A DNA stretch of 64,000 nt, from assembly GCA_963746845.1 (NCBI GenBank), contig CAVVCZ010000004.1:320001-384000 (forward strand). The letters are read 5' to 3'. Position 1 is the first letter of the stretch; every line of letters starts with the position of its first letter. The notes below the pieces were generated by a model, which was not told the origin of the DNA, did not search any database, and saw nothing but the letters and a program-made list of their open reading frames with translations. Below, piece after piece: positions 18,226 to 28,617 of the stretch. The position numbers and the translations under genes are program-made. The stretch is from an uncultured Chloroflexia bacterium (lineage in GTDB: Bacteria; Chloroflexota; Limnocylindria; Limnocylindrales; CSP1-4).

Positions 18226-20646
18226 ATGGCCATCGACACTCCCGAGGCCCCCGACGTCCTCGGCGCACCCATCAAGCGGGTCGAGGACCCGCGGTTCATC
18301 ACCGGCAAGGGCCGCTATCTCGACGACATCACGCTGACCGGGATGACCCACATGGCCATCCTGCGCAGCCCGTACGCCCATGCGAACATCCGCTCGATCG
18401 ACACGTCCGCCGCGAAGACGAAGCCCGGCGTGCTCGCGGTGTTCGTCGGCGCCGACATCCCGTGGAACCCGCTCCCGATGGCCTGGCCGGCCGGCGGATC
18501 GGCCGGGATCCAGAACAACGTCAACACGCCGCGGATCATCGCCACGGACAGCGTGAAGTGGACCGGCGAGGGCGTGGCGGCCGTCGTCGCCGAGACGGAG
18601 GCCGAGGCGGTCGACGCGCTCGAGGCGATCCAGGTCGACTGGGAGCCGCTGCCGGCCGTCGTCGACGCGGAGAAGGCGACCCGGCCCGGCGCGCCGCAGC
18701 TCCACGAGAACGCGCCGAACAACGAGGTCTTCACCTGGACCGTCGGCGACAAGGAAGGAACGGAGGCGGCCTTCGGCGACGCGGAAGTCGTCGTCAGGCA
18801 GCGGCTCGTCAACCACCGGCTGATCCCGAACCCGATGGAGGTCCGGGGCGACATCGGCTGGTACAACCCCGGGACCGACGAGTACACGATCTGGATGTCG
18901 AGCCAGACGCCGCACATCCAGCGGCTCCTGCTCGCCGCCTTCGTGACCGGCATCCCGGAGCACAAGGTCCGCTGCATCAGCCCGGACGTCGGCGGGGCGT
19001 TCGGCTCGAAGATCTTCTGCTACGCGGACATGGCCCTCGTGATGTGGGCCAGCAAGGCGATCGGCGGCCGGCCCGTGAAGTGGGTCGAGACGCGGACCGA
19101 GAACTACCAGAGCACGATCCACGGCCGCGACCACATCACCTACCTCGAGATCGCCGGCAAGCGCGACGGCGAGGTCACCGGCCTGCGGGTCAAGACGTTT
19201 GCCAACCTCGGCGGCCGCCTGTCGACGATCGGGCCCGGCATCCCGACCACGCTCTACGCCCGGGTCCTGTCCGGCTGCTACAAGATCCCGAACGTCTTCG
19301 CCGAGGTGACCGGCGTCTACACGAACACGACGTTCGTCGACGCCTACCGCGGCGCCGGCCGGCCCGAGGCGACCTACGTCGTCGAGCGGGCGATGGACCT
19401 CTTCGCGAACGAGATCGGGATGGACAAGGCGGCGATCCGCCGCAAGAACTTCATCCCGCCCGACCAGTTCCCGTACGAGAACCCGTCGGGGCTCGGCACC
19501 GCGTCGGGCGGCGCGAAGATCTACATCGACTCCGGCAACTACGAGCCGGCCCTCAACAAGGCCCTCCTCGCAGCGGGCTACGACGACCTGGCGAAGACGA
19601 AGGCCGAGGCGAAGAGCCGCGGCAAGCTCCTCGGGATGGGGCTCAGCACCTACATCGAGGTGTGCGGCGTCGCGCCGTCGAAGTGGATCGGCGCGGTCGG
19701 CGAGGGCTGGGGCGCCGCGATGTGGGAGTCCGCGAACATCAAGGTCCACCTGACCGGCAAGGTCATCGTCACTATGGGCACCCAGCCCCAGGGCCAGGGC
19801 CACGAGACGACGTACAGCCAGGTCATCGCTCACGAGCTCGGCGTGCCGATGGAGGACATCGTCATCCAGCACTCGGACACGCAGGGCACCCCGTTCGGCT
19901 ACGGCTCGTACGGCAGCCGGACGTCGTCGGTCGGCAGCACCGCCGCGATCAAGGCGGCCGACAAGGTCAAGGAGAAGGCCCGGCGCTACGCCGCGCACAT
20001 GCTCGAGGCCTCGCCCGAGGACATCGAGATCATCGGCGCGGAGTATCGGGTCAAGGGCTCGCCCGAGAAGAAGAAGACGATCCAGGAGATCGCCTTCGCC
20101 CTCGACCTCGGGTTCAGCCTCCCCGACGGCATGGAGCCGTACCTCGACGAGACCGCCTACTACGACACGCCGAACTGCACGTGGCCGTTCGGCACCCATA
20201 TCGCCATCGTCGAGGTCGACGAGGAGACCGGCGAGACCGATCTCAAGCGGTACATCGCCGTCGACGACGTGGGCAAGAAGATCAACCCGATGATCGTCGA
20301 CGGCCAGCTCCACGGTGGCATCGCCCAGGGCGTCGGCCAGGCGCTCTGGGAGCAGGCCGTGTACAGCGACGAGGGACAGCTCCTGTCCGGCTCGATGCTG
20401 GACTACGCCCTGCCGCGCGCGTCCTATCTCCCGAACTTCGAGCTCGACGAGACCGTCACCCCGTCGCCGGTCAACCCGATCGGCGTCAAGGGCGTCGGCG
20501 AGGCGGGCTGCATCGCCAGCACCGCCGCGGTCGCGAACGCCGTCAACGACGCGCTCGCGCCCCTCGGCATCACCCATCTCGACATGCCGTTCACCGCCCA
20601 GACCGTGTGGCGGGCGATCCAGTCGGCGAAGGGAGGCCAGGCATGA
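18226..20646 (+). CDS. Molybdopterin large subunit, CoxL form II-like (xanthine oxidase family)
   Basis: Active-site loop AYRGAGR; S-L-M gene order. Confidence 0.93.
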   Translation: MAIDTPEAPDVLGAPIKRVEDPRFITGKGRYLDDITLTGMTHMAILRSPYAHANIRSIDTSAAKTKPGVLAVFVGADIPWNPLPMAWPAGGSAGIQNNVNTPRIIATDSVKWTGEGVAAVVAETEAEAVDALEAIQVDWEPLPAVVDAEKATRPGAPQLHENAPNNEVFTWTVGDKEGTEAAFGDAEVVVRQRLVNHRLIPNPMEVRGDIGWYNPGTDEYTIWMSSQTPHIQRLLLAAFVTGIPEHKVRCISPDVGGAFGSKIFCYADMALVMWASKAIGGRPVKWVETRTENYQSTIHGRDHITYLEIAGKRDGEVTGLRVKTFANLGGRLSTIGPGIPTTLYARVLSGCYKIPNVFAEVTGVYTNTTFVDAYRGAGRPEATYVVERAMDLFANEIGMDKAAIRRKNFIPPDQFPYENPSGLGTASGGAKIYIDSGNYEPALNKALLAAGYDDLAKTKAEAKSRGKLLGMGLSTYIEVCGVAPSKWIGAVGEGWGAAMWESANIKVHLTGKVIVTMGTQPQGQGHETTYSQVIAHELGVPMEDIVIQHSDTQGTPFGYGSYGSRTSSVGSTAAIKAADKVKEKARRYAAHMLEASPEDIEIIGAEYRVKGSPEKKKTIQEIAFALDLGFSLPDGMEPYLDETAYYDTPNCTWPFGTHIAIVEVDEETGETDLKRYIAVDDVGKKINPMIVDGQLHGGIAQGVGQALWEQAVYSDEGQLLSGSMLDYALPRASYLPNFELDETVTPSPVNPIGVKGVGEAGCIASTAAVANAVNDALAPLGITHLDMPFTAQTVWRAIQSAKGGQA

Positions 20647-21482
20647 TCCCGGCGTCGTTCGGCTACACGCGGGCGGCGACGCTGTCCGACGCGGTTGCCG
20701 CAGTCGGCGGCGGGGCCAAGATCCTCGCCGGCGGCCAGAGCCTCGTGCCGCTGCTGAAGCTGCGCCTGGCCTCGGCCGACCAACTGGTGGACATCGGGCG
20801 GATCGCGGAGCTCAAGGGCTACCGGCACACGGCCGACGGCGGCGTCGAAATCGGCGCCCTGACGACCTACGCCGAGTGGCAGGCCGCCACGGACGTGCCC
20901 GAGGTGGCCGCGGCGATCGACCTGATCGCTGACGTCCAGGTCCGCAACCGCGGCACGATCGGCGGAGCGATCGCCCACGCCGACCCGGCGTCGGACGCGA
21001 CCGCGATCGTGCTCGCATACGAAGGCAGCGCGGTCCTGCGTGGGCCGGGTGGCGAGCGGGTCGTTCAGCTCGACGGCTTCTTCGAGGGTCCGTTCCAGAC
21101 CGGGATGCGGCCCGACGAGATCCTCGTGGCGATCCGCCGCGGGCCGCTCCGTCCCGGCACGAGATTCGCGTATCGAAAGCTCGCCCAGAAGGCGTCGGGC
21201 TACCCGATCGTGGGGATCGCGGCTGCCATCGTGTCCGACGGCGGCACGATCAGCCACGCCGCGATCGGCGTGACCGGCGTCCACGAGCATGCCTACCGGG
21301 CCGAGGACGTCGAGGCGGCGCTGGTCGGCTCCGACGGCTCGCCGGCGGCGGTCGCCGCGGCCGCGGCGCACGTCACCGACGGCGTCGAGATCAACTCGGA
21401 CATCCACGCGGACGCGCAGTATCGGGCGGCGATGGCCGTCGCGTACACGCGCCGCGCGATCGAGGGGGCCCTCGGCCGCTAG
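20643..21482 (+). CDS. CoxM/CutM-like FAD-binding medium subunit
   Basis: KILAGGQSL, VRNRGTIGG, HADPASD; ATGA overlap with the large subunit. Confidence 0.93.
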   Translation: MIPASFGYTRAATLSDAVAAVGGGAKILAGGQSLVPLLKLRLASADQLVDIGRIAELKGYRHTADGGVEIGALTTYAEWQAATDVPEVAAAIDLIADVQVRNRGTIGGAIAHADPASDATAIVLAYEGSAVLRGPGGERVVQLDGFFEGPFQTGMRPDEILVAIRRGPLRPGTRFAYRKLAQKASGYPIVGIAAAIVSDGGTISHAAIGVTGVHEHAYRAEDVEAALVGSDGSPAAVAAAAAHVTDGVEINSDIHADAQYRAAMAVAYTRRAIEGALGR

Positions 21483-21509
21483 GTCGAGGGCTCGGGTAAC
21501 GCTCCGCGG

Positions 21510-22559
21510 GTGCGACTCGAGCGACTGATACCGGGCCGGCGCTCGCCTGCCACGCTCGTCGGGGCGGTCCTGGCGCGCGACATCGTCGTCGCGGGCCAGC
21601 GCTGGTCGAAAGGCCGCCGTCTGTCCGCCGACGACCTCGAGGCCTTCGCGGCGGACCCGTCGTTCGGCGTCGGACCGGTCACGGTCATCGTCCTCGACCC
21701 TGGCGACCTGCATGAGGACGACGCCGCCCTCCGTCTCGCCGAGGTGGTCACCGGACCGGGCCTCCGCGTCCGGGGCCCGGTCCAGAGCCGGGTCGATCTC
21801 GTCGCCGAGCACGACGGGGTCGTCCATGTCCGGATCGCCGAGCTCGAACGCCTGAACCGGCTCGACCCGCTCGAGGTGTTCACGCGCCTGGACGGATCGA
21901 TCGTGGCCGAGGGCGATCTCGTCGCGAGCGTGAAGGTCGCGCCGCATGTCGTCGAGGCGACCGTCGTCGCCGCCGGCGCCGCGATCGCCCGGGACGGCCG
22001 GCGGCCCCTGTTCCGGGTCGCGCCGTTCGTGCCCCGCACGGTCGCCGTCGTCGTCAAGGAGTCCCTCCGCAGCGCGGACCGGCCGCGGTTCGAGACGAGC
22101 GTCCGGGACAAGGTCGAGAGCCTCGGCTCGCGGATCACGTCGATCGACTACGTCGCCGACGAGGACAAGGCGGTGCGGGCAGCGCTCGCCCGCGACGCGC
22201 GCGGTCCCGATCGCGTCGACGTGATCCTCACGGCCGGCGGCCGCTCGACCGACCCGTCCGACCCGTTCTTCACCGCGGTCGAGGCGCTGGGCGGCCGGAT
22301 CGTCCGGCGGGGCGTGCCGGCCCACCCGGGATCGATGCTCTGGCTGGCACGGATCGGCCGGACGGCGATCCTCGGGCTGCCGACGTGCGGCGCATATTCC
22401 AAGGCGACCGCGGCCGACCTCCTGCTGCCGCGACTCCTCACGGGCGAGCCGCCGACGCGCACGACCGTGTCTCACCTCGGCCACGGGGGCGTCCTCACCC
22501 GCGAGATGCGGTTCCGCTTCCCGGCCTACGCCCGCGAGCTCGACGCCCCCGACGGCTGA
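21510..22559 (+). CDS. Molybdopterin-binding (MoeA/MogA-like domain) accessory protein
   Basis: ILTAGG...DP.D, GVPAHPGSMLW, ILGLPTCG, LGHGG motifs. Confidence 0.75.
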   Translation: MRLERLIPGRRSPATLVGAVLARDIVVAGQRWSKGRRLSADDLEAFAADPSFGVGPVTVIVLDPGDLHEDDAALRLAEVVTGPGLRVRGPVQSRVDLVAEHDGVVHVRIAELERLNRLDPLEVFTRLDGSIVAEGDLVASVKVAPHVVEATVVAAGAAIARDGRRPLFRVAPFVPRTVAVVVKESLRSADRPRFETSVRDKVESLGSRITSIDYVADEDKAVRAALARDARGPDRVDVILTAGGRSTDPSDPFFTAVEALGGRIVRRGVPAHPGSMLWLARIGRTAILGLPTCGAYSKATAADLLLPRLLTGEPPTRTTVSHLGHGGVLTREMRFRFPAYARELDAPDG

Positions 22560-22671
22560 CCCGCGTGACTGCCCGTGTCAATCGGCCGACACGGGCCCCC
22601 AAATGGAACCTGGGTTCCTCCCTCCACGCGACGCGACGTGATGAATCCGGATCACCAACCCGAGGTGATCC

Positions 22672-23739
22672 ATGTCGAACTTCCACAGCGCCAGATCGGT
22701 GCGTGGCGCCGCGGCAATCGCGGCGATCCTCCTGCTCACGGCCTGCACAGCATCCGGCGGCGTCGATCGTGCCCCGGACGGACCGACTCCCGGCGCGACC
22801 GCTGCGCCATCGCCGTCGCGATCGCCCTCGGCCGCGCCGTCAGGCGTGGCCCGGGCGGGCGAGGCATCCGTCCAACCGACGGCGGCTGTTGTCGCTCCTG
22901 GCCCAGGGGTCCTGCCGCGAACCATCAGCTACGGAGGCCTCACCTGGGACGTGACCGACGCGGTCATCACGAACCAGGATCCGACGCGATACGTCGCCGG
23001 CACGCCCGCCCCACCGACCGACAAGACGTCCCTGATCGTGGACTTCGAGATCCGGAACGACAGTCCGCACGTCTTCTTCGTGACGACGACCTCACGGCTC
23101 GTCGTCGAGCTGCCGGACAAGACCGTGGTGCCGGGTCGGGACCTGGAGCGGCCGAGCGCCGCGCCCGAGTCGTCCGTCGAGAGCCGCTATGCCTTCGAGG
23201 TTCCCGATGACACCGCGTTCGATGACGTCGTCCTCCGGTTCGAGGACCCGGATCGCGAGCCGTCCGTCGATCTGCCGCTCAGCGGGTCCGCGCCGGCCGT
23301 CGAGCAGAACACCACGACCAAGGTCGATCGGGTGGCGCCGATCAGGCTCCCGGGCATCGACATGAAATGGACGATCGGATCCGTGATCACCGGCCGTGAC
23401 TGGCCCCTGCCGATCGGGTTCAAGGGCGGGACGAGGGTCGCCGGCGCTCGCGCCGAGCGCGACCATCAGTGGGTCGGGATCGTGGCCCGCGTCGATGTCG
23501 ACCGGTGCGACTGCAAGGGTGGCGTCCTCGATCAAGCCGGATCGGTCCGCCTCCTCGTCGACGGGATGCCCTTCACGGCATCCGCCGGTGACAGCTCGAA
23601 GGCGATCATGAACGCCAGCACCTTCTCCGACGTGATGCTCGTGTTCGCCATCCCGACCGGGGCATCGGACGCGGTGCTCCAGGTCGGTCCGCTCGAGAAG
23701 CCGGAGCAGCAGGCCAGGATCCCCGTCGCCCTCGAGTGA
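22672..23739 (+). CDS. Hypothetical lipoprotein
   Basis: LTAC lipobox, Pro/Ala linker, beta-rich domains. Confidence 0.7.
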   Translation: MSNFHSARSVRGAAAIAAILLLTACTASGGVDRAPDGPTPGATAAPSPSRSPSAAPSGVARAGEASVQPTAAVVAPGPGVLPRTISYGGLTWDVTDAVITNQDPTRYVAGTPAPPTDKTSLIVDFEIRNDSPHVFFVTTTSRLVVELPDKTVVPGRDLERPSAAPESSVESRYAFEVPDDTAFDDVVLRFEDPDREPSVDLPLSGSAPAVEQNTTTKVDRVAPIRLPGIDMKWTIGSVITGRDWPLPIGFKGGTRVAGARAERDHQWVGIVARVDVDRCDCKGGVLDQAGSVRLLVDGMPFTASAGDSSKAIMNASTFSDVMLVFAIPTGASDAVLQVGPLEKPEQQARIPVALE

Positions 23740-23806
23740 TCTGCGCCGCCCGGGCCGGTCCGCGCGATCGTGTGGAGGCCGATTTCCCCGTATCCTCGAC
23801 GGGCCG

Positions 23807-26212
23807 ATGGCGCGACCCGTCACTCCACCGCAGACGCCGGCCTGGCCGGACGCCGCCCCGCCCGAGGTCGACACGACCCTGATCGGGCGTGACGCCCTGC
23901 TGGCCGATGTCGTCGAGGCCGTCCTCCGGGGCGATGCCAGGATCGTCGTGCTGAGCGGGCTGGGCGGAGTCGGCAAGACGCGCCTCGCGATCGAGGTCGC
24001 ACGGCGGGTCGGCGAGCCGTTCCGCGGGCGCATCGCGTGGGTCACGCTCGGTCAGGCGTCGCGCGACGGCGGGCTCGTCGCGGCGACCGCGGCCGCGCTC
24101 GGGCTGGCCGGCGGTGAGCCGGACCACGTTGCCGACGCGGTGGCCGAGACGATCGGCGACGAGCCCGCGCTCGTCATCCTGGATCGGGCCGAGGTCGGGC
24201 TCCACGATCTCGGGATGCTCGACGAGCTGGTGAGGCTCGCGCCGCCGCTCCGCGTGCTCGCGACGTCGCGGATCGCCGTCGAACGCGCCGGGACCCGGTC
24301 CGTTGTCGTCGACACGCTCCGGGTGCCGCGGGAGACCGAGGATGCGGCGACCGTGGCGGCCAGCCCGGCGGTGGCCCTCCTGCTCGAACGGGCGGTGCGC
24401 GCCGGCGCGGACATCGAGATCAACGATCGGACGTCCGCGGCGATCGCCCGGCTCGTCACCCATCTCGATGGCCTGCCCCTTGCGCTCGAGCTGGCAGGTC
24501 CGCTCCTGCGCGTGCTGCCGCCTCACCGGCTGGTCGCCCAGGTCCACGAGCGGCTCGATCCGGTCGTGGCGACGATCCAGTGGAGCCACGACCAGCTGAC
24601 CCCGGACGACCGATTGCTGTACCGCCGGATCGCGGTCTTCGGGGTCCCGTTCCGCGAGCGCCACGTCCGCACGTACGGCGAGCGAGCGCAGGCGCATGGG
24701 CTGTCCGAGCTGCCGCACGACGTCGGCCCCGCGCTGCGTCGCCTGGCGGCGGCCGGTCTCCTGCGGGCGGGCCCCGACGACGTCGAGTCGGAGGCGGCGA
24801 CCGGACCGGACGACCCGCGCGGTGGCGACGTGCGCGAATACGAGCTGCCCGCCCTCGTGCGCGAGGACGCGGTCCGCCGGCTCGAGGCAAGCGGCGAGGC
24901 GACCGCCGCGATGTGGGCCCGGGCGAACGACCTGCTCGCGCTGTGCGAGCTGGCGGACGCCGAGCTGGCGATCCGATCCCGCCGGGACATCCTCGACCAG
25001 CTGGACTTCGTCCATCCGGACCTGATCGCCTCCCTCGATCGCGCGCGGGCCGCCGGGGAGGGACGGTTCCTCCTCCTGATGACCGGGGCGCTCGCCGAGT
25101 ACTGGCGTGCTCGCGGTCGTCTCGCCGAGGGTCGGATCTGGCTGGACACGGCGCTCCGTCTCGGACCCCAGACCCGGACGGCAGAGCGGGCCCGGGCGCT
25201 CCACGGCGCCGGCATGCTCGCGAACTGGCAGAGCGACTTCGGTCGCGCCCGGACGGTGCTCCAGGAAGCCCTCGACATCCGGCTGGAGCTCGGGCGCGGC
25301 GCGGAGGCCGCGTCGACGCTCAACCAGCTCGGGCTGATCGGGCTCGACACGGGCGATCTCGCCGAGGCCGAGGCGCGCTGCCGGCAGGGTCTCGAGATCC
25401 GGCGCTCCCTCGGCGACGATGCGGCCGTCGCGGCGTCGCTCAACACGCTCGGCGGGGTCATCCACTTCGGCGGGCGGCCGGAGGAGGCGCGCGTGCTCTT
25501 CCAGGAGAGCCTCGCGATCCGGCGCGGCCTCGGCGACGATGCCGGCGCGTCGGTGTCCCTCGGCAACCTGGCGCTCGTCGCCCGGGACGAGCGGGACCTC
25601 GCCGGTGCCGCGGAGATGTTGCGCGAGGCGATCTCGACGAGAGATCGGCTCGGCGATCGGCAGCGGGTCGCCGTCGTCCGCCACAACCTCGCGCTCGTCC
25701 TGTTCGATGCCGGCGACATCGACGGCGCCCGGATCGAGCTGGGGGCGGCCCTGTCGACCGCGCGCGACCTGGGCGATCGGCTCGAGATGTCGAACGCGCT
25801 GTCCGATCTCGGGTTCGTGGAGGCCTCCGCGGGGAACATCGAGCGCGCGGCCATGCTCCAGGGCGAGTCGCTGGCCGTCGCCGCGCGGATCGGCGCGAAG
25901 GGAATCGTCGCCCAGGCGATCGACGGTGCCGCCGGGATCGTCGCGGTCCAGGGCGATCGGTGCGCGGCGGCGACGCTCTGGGGTGCCGCCGCCGGGATCC
26001 GGCGCAAGGCGCGGTATTCGATGCTGATCGCCGATCGGCGGCGGGTCGAGGCGGAGGTCCAGGCGGCCCGCGGCGCCGGGGACGAGACGCCGTTCGACAC
26101 GGCCTGGACCGAGGGCGAGGACCTCTCGATCGATGAGGCGATCACGCGCGCCCAGGCTGCCCTCGGGGCGGCCGTTCCGCCGCCGCGCGCGGGCGGACAG
26201 GTCGCGGTGTAG
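23807..26212 (+). CDS. STAND/NB-ARC-like ATPase with TPR repeats
   Basis: GLGGVGKTRLA Walker A, VLATSR, LDGLPLALELA, repeated LNQLG/LNTLG/LGNLA TPRs. Confidence 0.9.
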   Translation: MARPVTPPQTPAWPDAAPPEVDTTLIGRDALLADVVEAVLRGDARIVVLSGLGGVGKTRLAIEVARRVGEPFRGRIAWVTLGQASRDGGLVAATAAALGLAGGEPDHVADAVAETIGDEPALVILDRAEVGLHDLGMLDELVRLAPPLRVLATSRIAVERAGTRSVVVDTLRVPRETEDAATVAASPAVALLLERAVRAGADIEINDRTSAAIARLVTHLDGLPLALELAGPLLRVLPPHRLVAQVHERLDPVVATIQWSHDQLTPDDRLLYRRIAVFGVPFRERHVRTYGERAQAHGLSELPHDVGPALRRLAAAGLLRAGPDDVESEAATGPDDPRGGDVREYELPALVREDAVRRLEASGEATAAMWARANDLLALCELADAELAIRSRRDILDQLDFVHPDLIASLDRARAAGEGRFLLLMTGALAEYWRARGRLAEGRIWLDTALRLGPQTRTAERARALHGAGMLANWQSDFGRARTVLQEALDIRLELGRGAEAASTLNQLGLIGLDTGDLAEAEARCRQGLEIRRSLGDDAAVAASLNTLGGVIHFGGRPEEARVLFQESLAIRRGLGDDAGASVSLGNLALVARDERDLAGAAEMLREAISTRDRLGDRQRVAVVRHNLALVLFDAGDIDGARIELGAALSTARDLGDRLEMSNALSDLGFVEASAGNIERAAMLQGESLAVAARIGAKGIVAQAIDGAAGIVAVQGDRCAAATLWGAAAGIRRKARYSMLIADRRRVEAEVQAARGAGDETPFDTAWTEGEDLSIDEAITRAQAALGAAVPPPRAGGQVAV

Positions 26213-26222
26213 GATCGCCGCC

Positions 26223-27161
26223 ATGTCCCAGGTCACCGAACCCTCGTCCGGCGCGAGCACGCACGACCCCCTCGACACGGTCGACGGGATCGTCGCGAGC
26301 TTCCGCGAGCGCGACTACGTCTGCGATCGCTCGCTCGCGACCGCGGTCTTCCTCGGCCTCCGGCTCGGCCGGCCGCTGCTCCTCGAGGGCGAGGCGGGCG
26401 TCGGCAAGACGGAGCTGGCCAAGGTCCTGGCGGCCAGCCTCGGTGCGCGCCTGATCCGGCTCCAGTGCTATGAGGGCCTCGACGTCAACGCCGCGGTCTA
26501 CGAGTGGAACTACCCGCGCCAGATGCTCGAGATCCGGCTGCTCGAGGCCCGCGGGCAGGCGGACCGCGCCACCGCCCACGACATCTTCGGACCGGAGTTC
26601 CTGATCCGGCGGCCGCTCCTCCAGGCGCTCGAGGCCGACGCCGACGGCGAGCCGCCGGTCCTGCTGATCGACGAGATCGACCGGGCCGACGAGGAGTTCG
26701 AGGCGTACCTCCTCGAGATCCTGTCGGACTTCCAGGTCACGGTGCCGGAGATCGGCACGATCAAGGCGGCCCGGCCGCCGCGGGTGATCCTGACCTCGAA
26801 CCGAACCCGCGAGGTCCACGACGCGCTCAAGCGCCGCTGCCTGTACCACTGGATCGACTATCCGTCGGCGCAGAAGGAGTTCGAGATCGTCCTCGCCCGG
26901 GTCCCCGAGGCGCCCGAGCGGCTCGCCCGGGACGTCGTCGGGTTCGTCCATCGGCTGCGCGAGGCGGACCTCACGAAGGTGCCGGGCATCGCCGAGACGC
27001 TGGACTGGGCCGCGGCCCTCCTGTCGCTCGGCTCACGGGAGCTGACCGGCGAGGTCGTCGACGAGACGCTGGGCGTCGTCCTCAAGTACGAGGAGGACAT
27101 CCGGCGCGTCCGCGGTGACACTGCCCGGGCCTATCTCGCGGAGGCCGGCGCGACCGCCTGA
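26223..27161 (+). CDS. coxD: MoxR-family AAA+ ATPase CoxD
   Basis: LEGEAGVGKTE, RLQCYEGLD, LLIDEIDRAD, HDALKRRC. Confidence 0.9.
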   Translation: MSQVTEPSSGASTHDPLDTVDGIVASFRERDYVCDRSLATAVFLGLRLGRPLLLEGEAGVGKTELAKVLAASLGARLIRLQCYEGLDVNAAVYEWNYPRQMLEIRLLEARGQADRATAHDIFGPEFLIRRPLLQALEADADGEPPVLLIDEIDRADEEFEAYLLEILSDFQVTVPEIGTIKAARPPRVILTSNRTREVHDALKRRCLYHWIDYPSAQKEFEIVLARVPEAPERLARDVVGFVHRLREADLTKVPGIAETLDWAAALLSLGSRELTGEVVDETLGVVLKYEEDIRRVRGDTARAYLAEAGATA

Positions 27162-27185
27162 CCGGCGGCCCACCGAGCACCGGCG

Positions 27186-28598
27186 ATGACGACGCCGCGG
27201 GACCCGAACGACCCGGCGATCGTCCGCGCGCCGTGGGGTCCCGAGGTCGACGGACGGCGCCTGCTCGCGGAGTCGGTCGGGTTCGGGCGGGCGCTCCGTG
27301 CCGCCGGGCTCCCCACGGACCTCGGCGCCGCGGTGGACTTCGCCCGCGCCCTCGCCATGGTCGACATCGGCGAGCGCGAGACGGTCCGGGCGGCGGGCCA
27401 GGCTGTGTTCGTCCGGCGCCGCGACGACCGCGAGGTCTATGACCGCGTCTTCGCCCGCTGGTGGCGCCGGCGCGGCCGGAAGCGCCCGAACACCGACGGT
27501 CCCGCCGTGGCAACGGACGATCCGGACGCCGCCGAGCCGGAGGACGGCGTCGCCTCACCGGCCGGCGACGAGGGCTCGATCGGGGACGACGCGAACCGGA
27601 TCGACGGGATCCCGATGCCGATCTCGTCCGACGAGGACGACGACAGCGAGATCGACGGGGTCATCGCGGCCCCGACGGCGTATTCGGCCAGCGAGCTTCT
27701 CCGCCACCGCGACTTCGACCGGATGACCGCGGCCGAGCTGCGCGACGCCGAGCGGCTCGTCGACCTCCTGGAGCCGCGGCTCGAGCTCCGTCGGACGCGC
27801 CGGTACGAGCTCCATCACCACGGCCGGCTGCTCGCGCCGCGGACGATGATGCGGCGGAACATCGCCACCGGCGGTCAGTTCACCGAGTGGGTCTGGCGGC
27901 GCCCGACGAAACGACCCCGCCAGATCGTCGTGCTGTGCGACATCTCCGGCTCGATGGAGCGCCACTCGCGGCTGCTCCTGCGGTTCGTCCAGGCGTTGTC
28001 GGCCGCGTCGTCCGTCAAGACCGAGTCGTTCGTGTTCGGAACGCGGCTGACGCGCGTCACGCGGCTCCTCCGCGACCGGGATCGCGACCGCGCGCTCGCC
28101 AAGGTCGCGGACAGCGTCAACGACTGGGCCGGCGGGACGCGGATCGGCGAGTCGTTCCGCGACTTCAACCTGCACTGGGCCCGCCGGACGCTCCGGACGA
28201 GCGGTGTCGTGATCGTCGTCTCGGACGGCTGGGACCGGGGCGACCCGGCGCTCGTCGCGACCGAGACGGCCCGGCTGCGGCGGAACTGCCACCGCCTCGT
28301 CTGGCTCAACCCGCTGGCCGGGACGCCCGGCTACGAGCCGCTTGCAGGTGGGATGCGGGCCGCCCTGCCGTACATCGACGACTTCGTCCCCGCCGGGACC
28401 GTGGCCAGCCTCGAGCGGCTCGGCGAGATCCTGGCCGGTGTCCGGACCAACGACGTCCGGCGCGGGGGCGAGGCCGCGGCCTCCGCCGATGCCGGTGAGC
28501 GCGGATCGAGCCAGGTCCTGCGATCGATCGAACCCCCCGCGCCGCTGGAGCTGAACGCCGATCCCACGACCGCCCAACCGCTGACCCGCACCACGTGA
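27186..28598 (+). CDS. coxE: VWA-domain protein CoxE
   Basis: LCDISGSM MIDAS, FGTRLTRVT, GGTRIG, SDGWDRG, WLNPL. Confidence 0.9.
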   Translation: MTTPRDPNDPAIVRAPWGPEVDGRRLLAESVGFGRALRAAGLPTDLGAAVDFARALAMVDIGERETVRAAGQAVFVRRRDDREVYDRVFARWWRRRGRKRPNTDGPAVATDDPDAAEPEDGVASPAGDEGSIGDDANRIDGIPMPISSDEDDDSEIDGVIAAPTAYSASELLRHRDFDRMTAAELRDAERLVDLLEPRLELRRTRRYELHHHGRLLAPRTMMRRNIATGGQFTEWVWRRPTKRPRQIVVLCDISGSMERHSRLLLRFVQALSAASSVKTESFVFGTRLTRVTRLLRDRDRDRALAKVADSVNDWAGGTRIGESFRDFNLHWARRTLRTSGVVIVVSDGWDRGDPALVATETARLRRNCHRLVWLNPLAGTPGYEPLAGGMRAALPYIDDFVPAGTVASLERLGEILAGVRTNDVRRGGEAAASADAGERGSSQVLRSIEPPAPLELNADPTTAQPLTRTT

Positions 28599-28617
28599 CC
28601 CGGAGAGGACCGACCCG

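Noticed and set aside
18462-20642. Long N-terminal extensions in the ORF track (1006-aa coxM-like, 698-aa LacI, 675-aa rsgA, 600-aa GNAT)
   Set aside because: The extensions overlap upstream genes in another frame. The true starts are at stop/start overlaps.
18226-20646. Calling this subunit a true CO dehydrogenase
   Set aside because: It has AYRGAGR, not the Cu-ligating AYXCSFR, so its substrate is undetermined.
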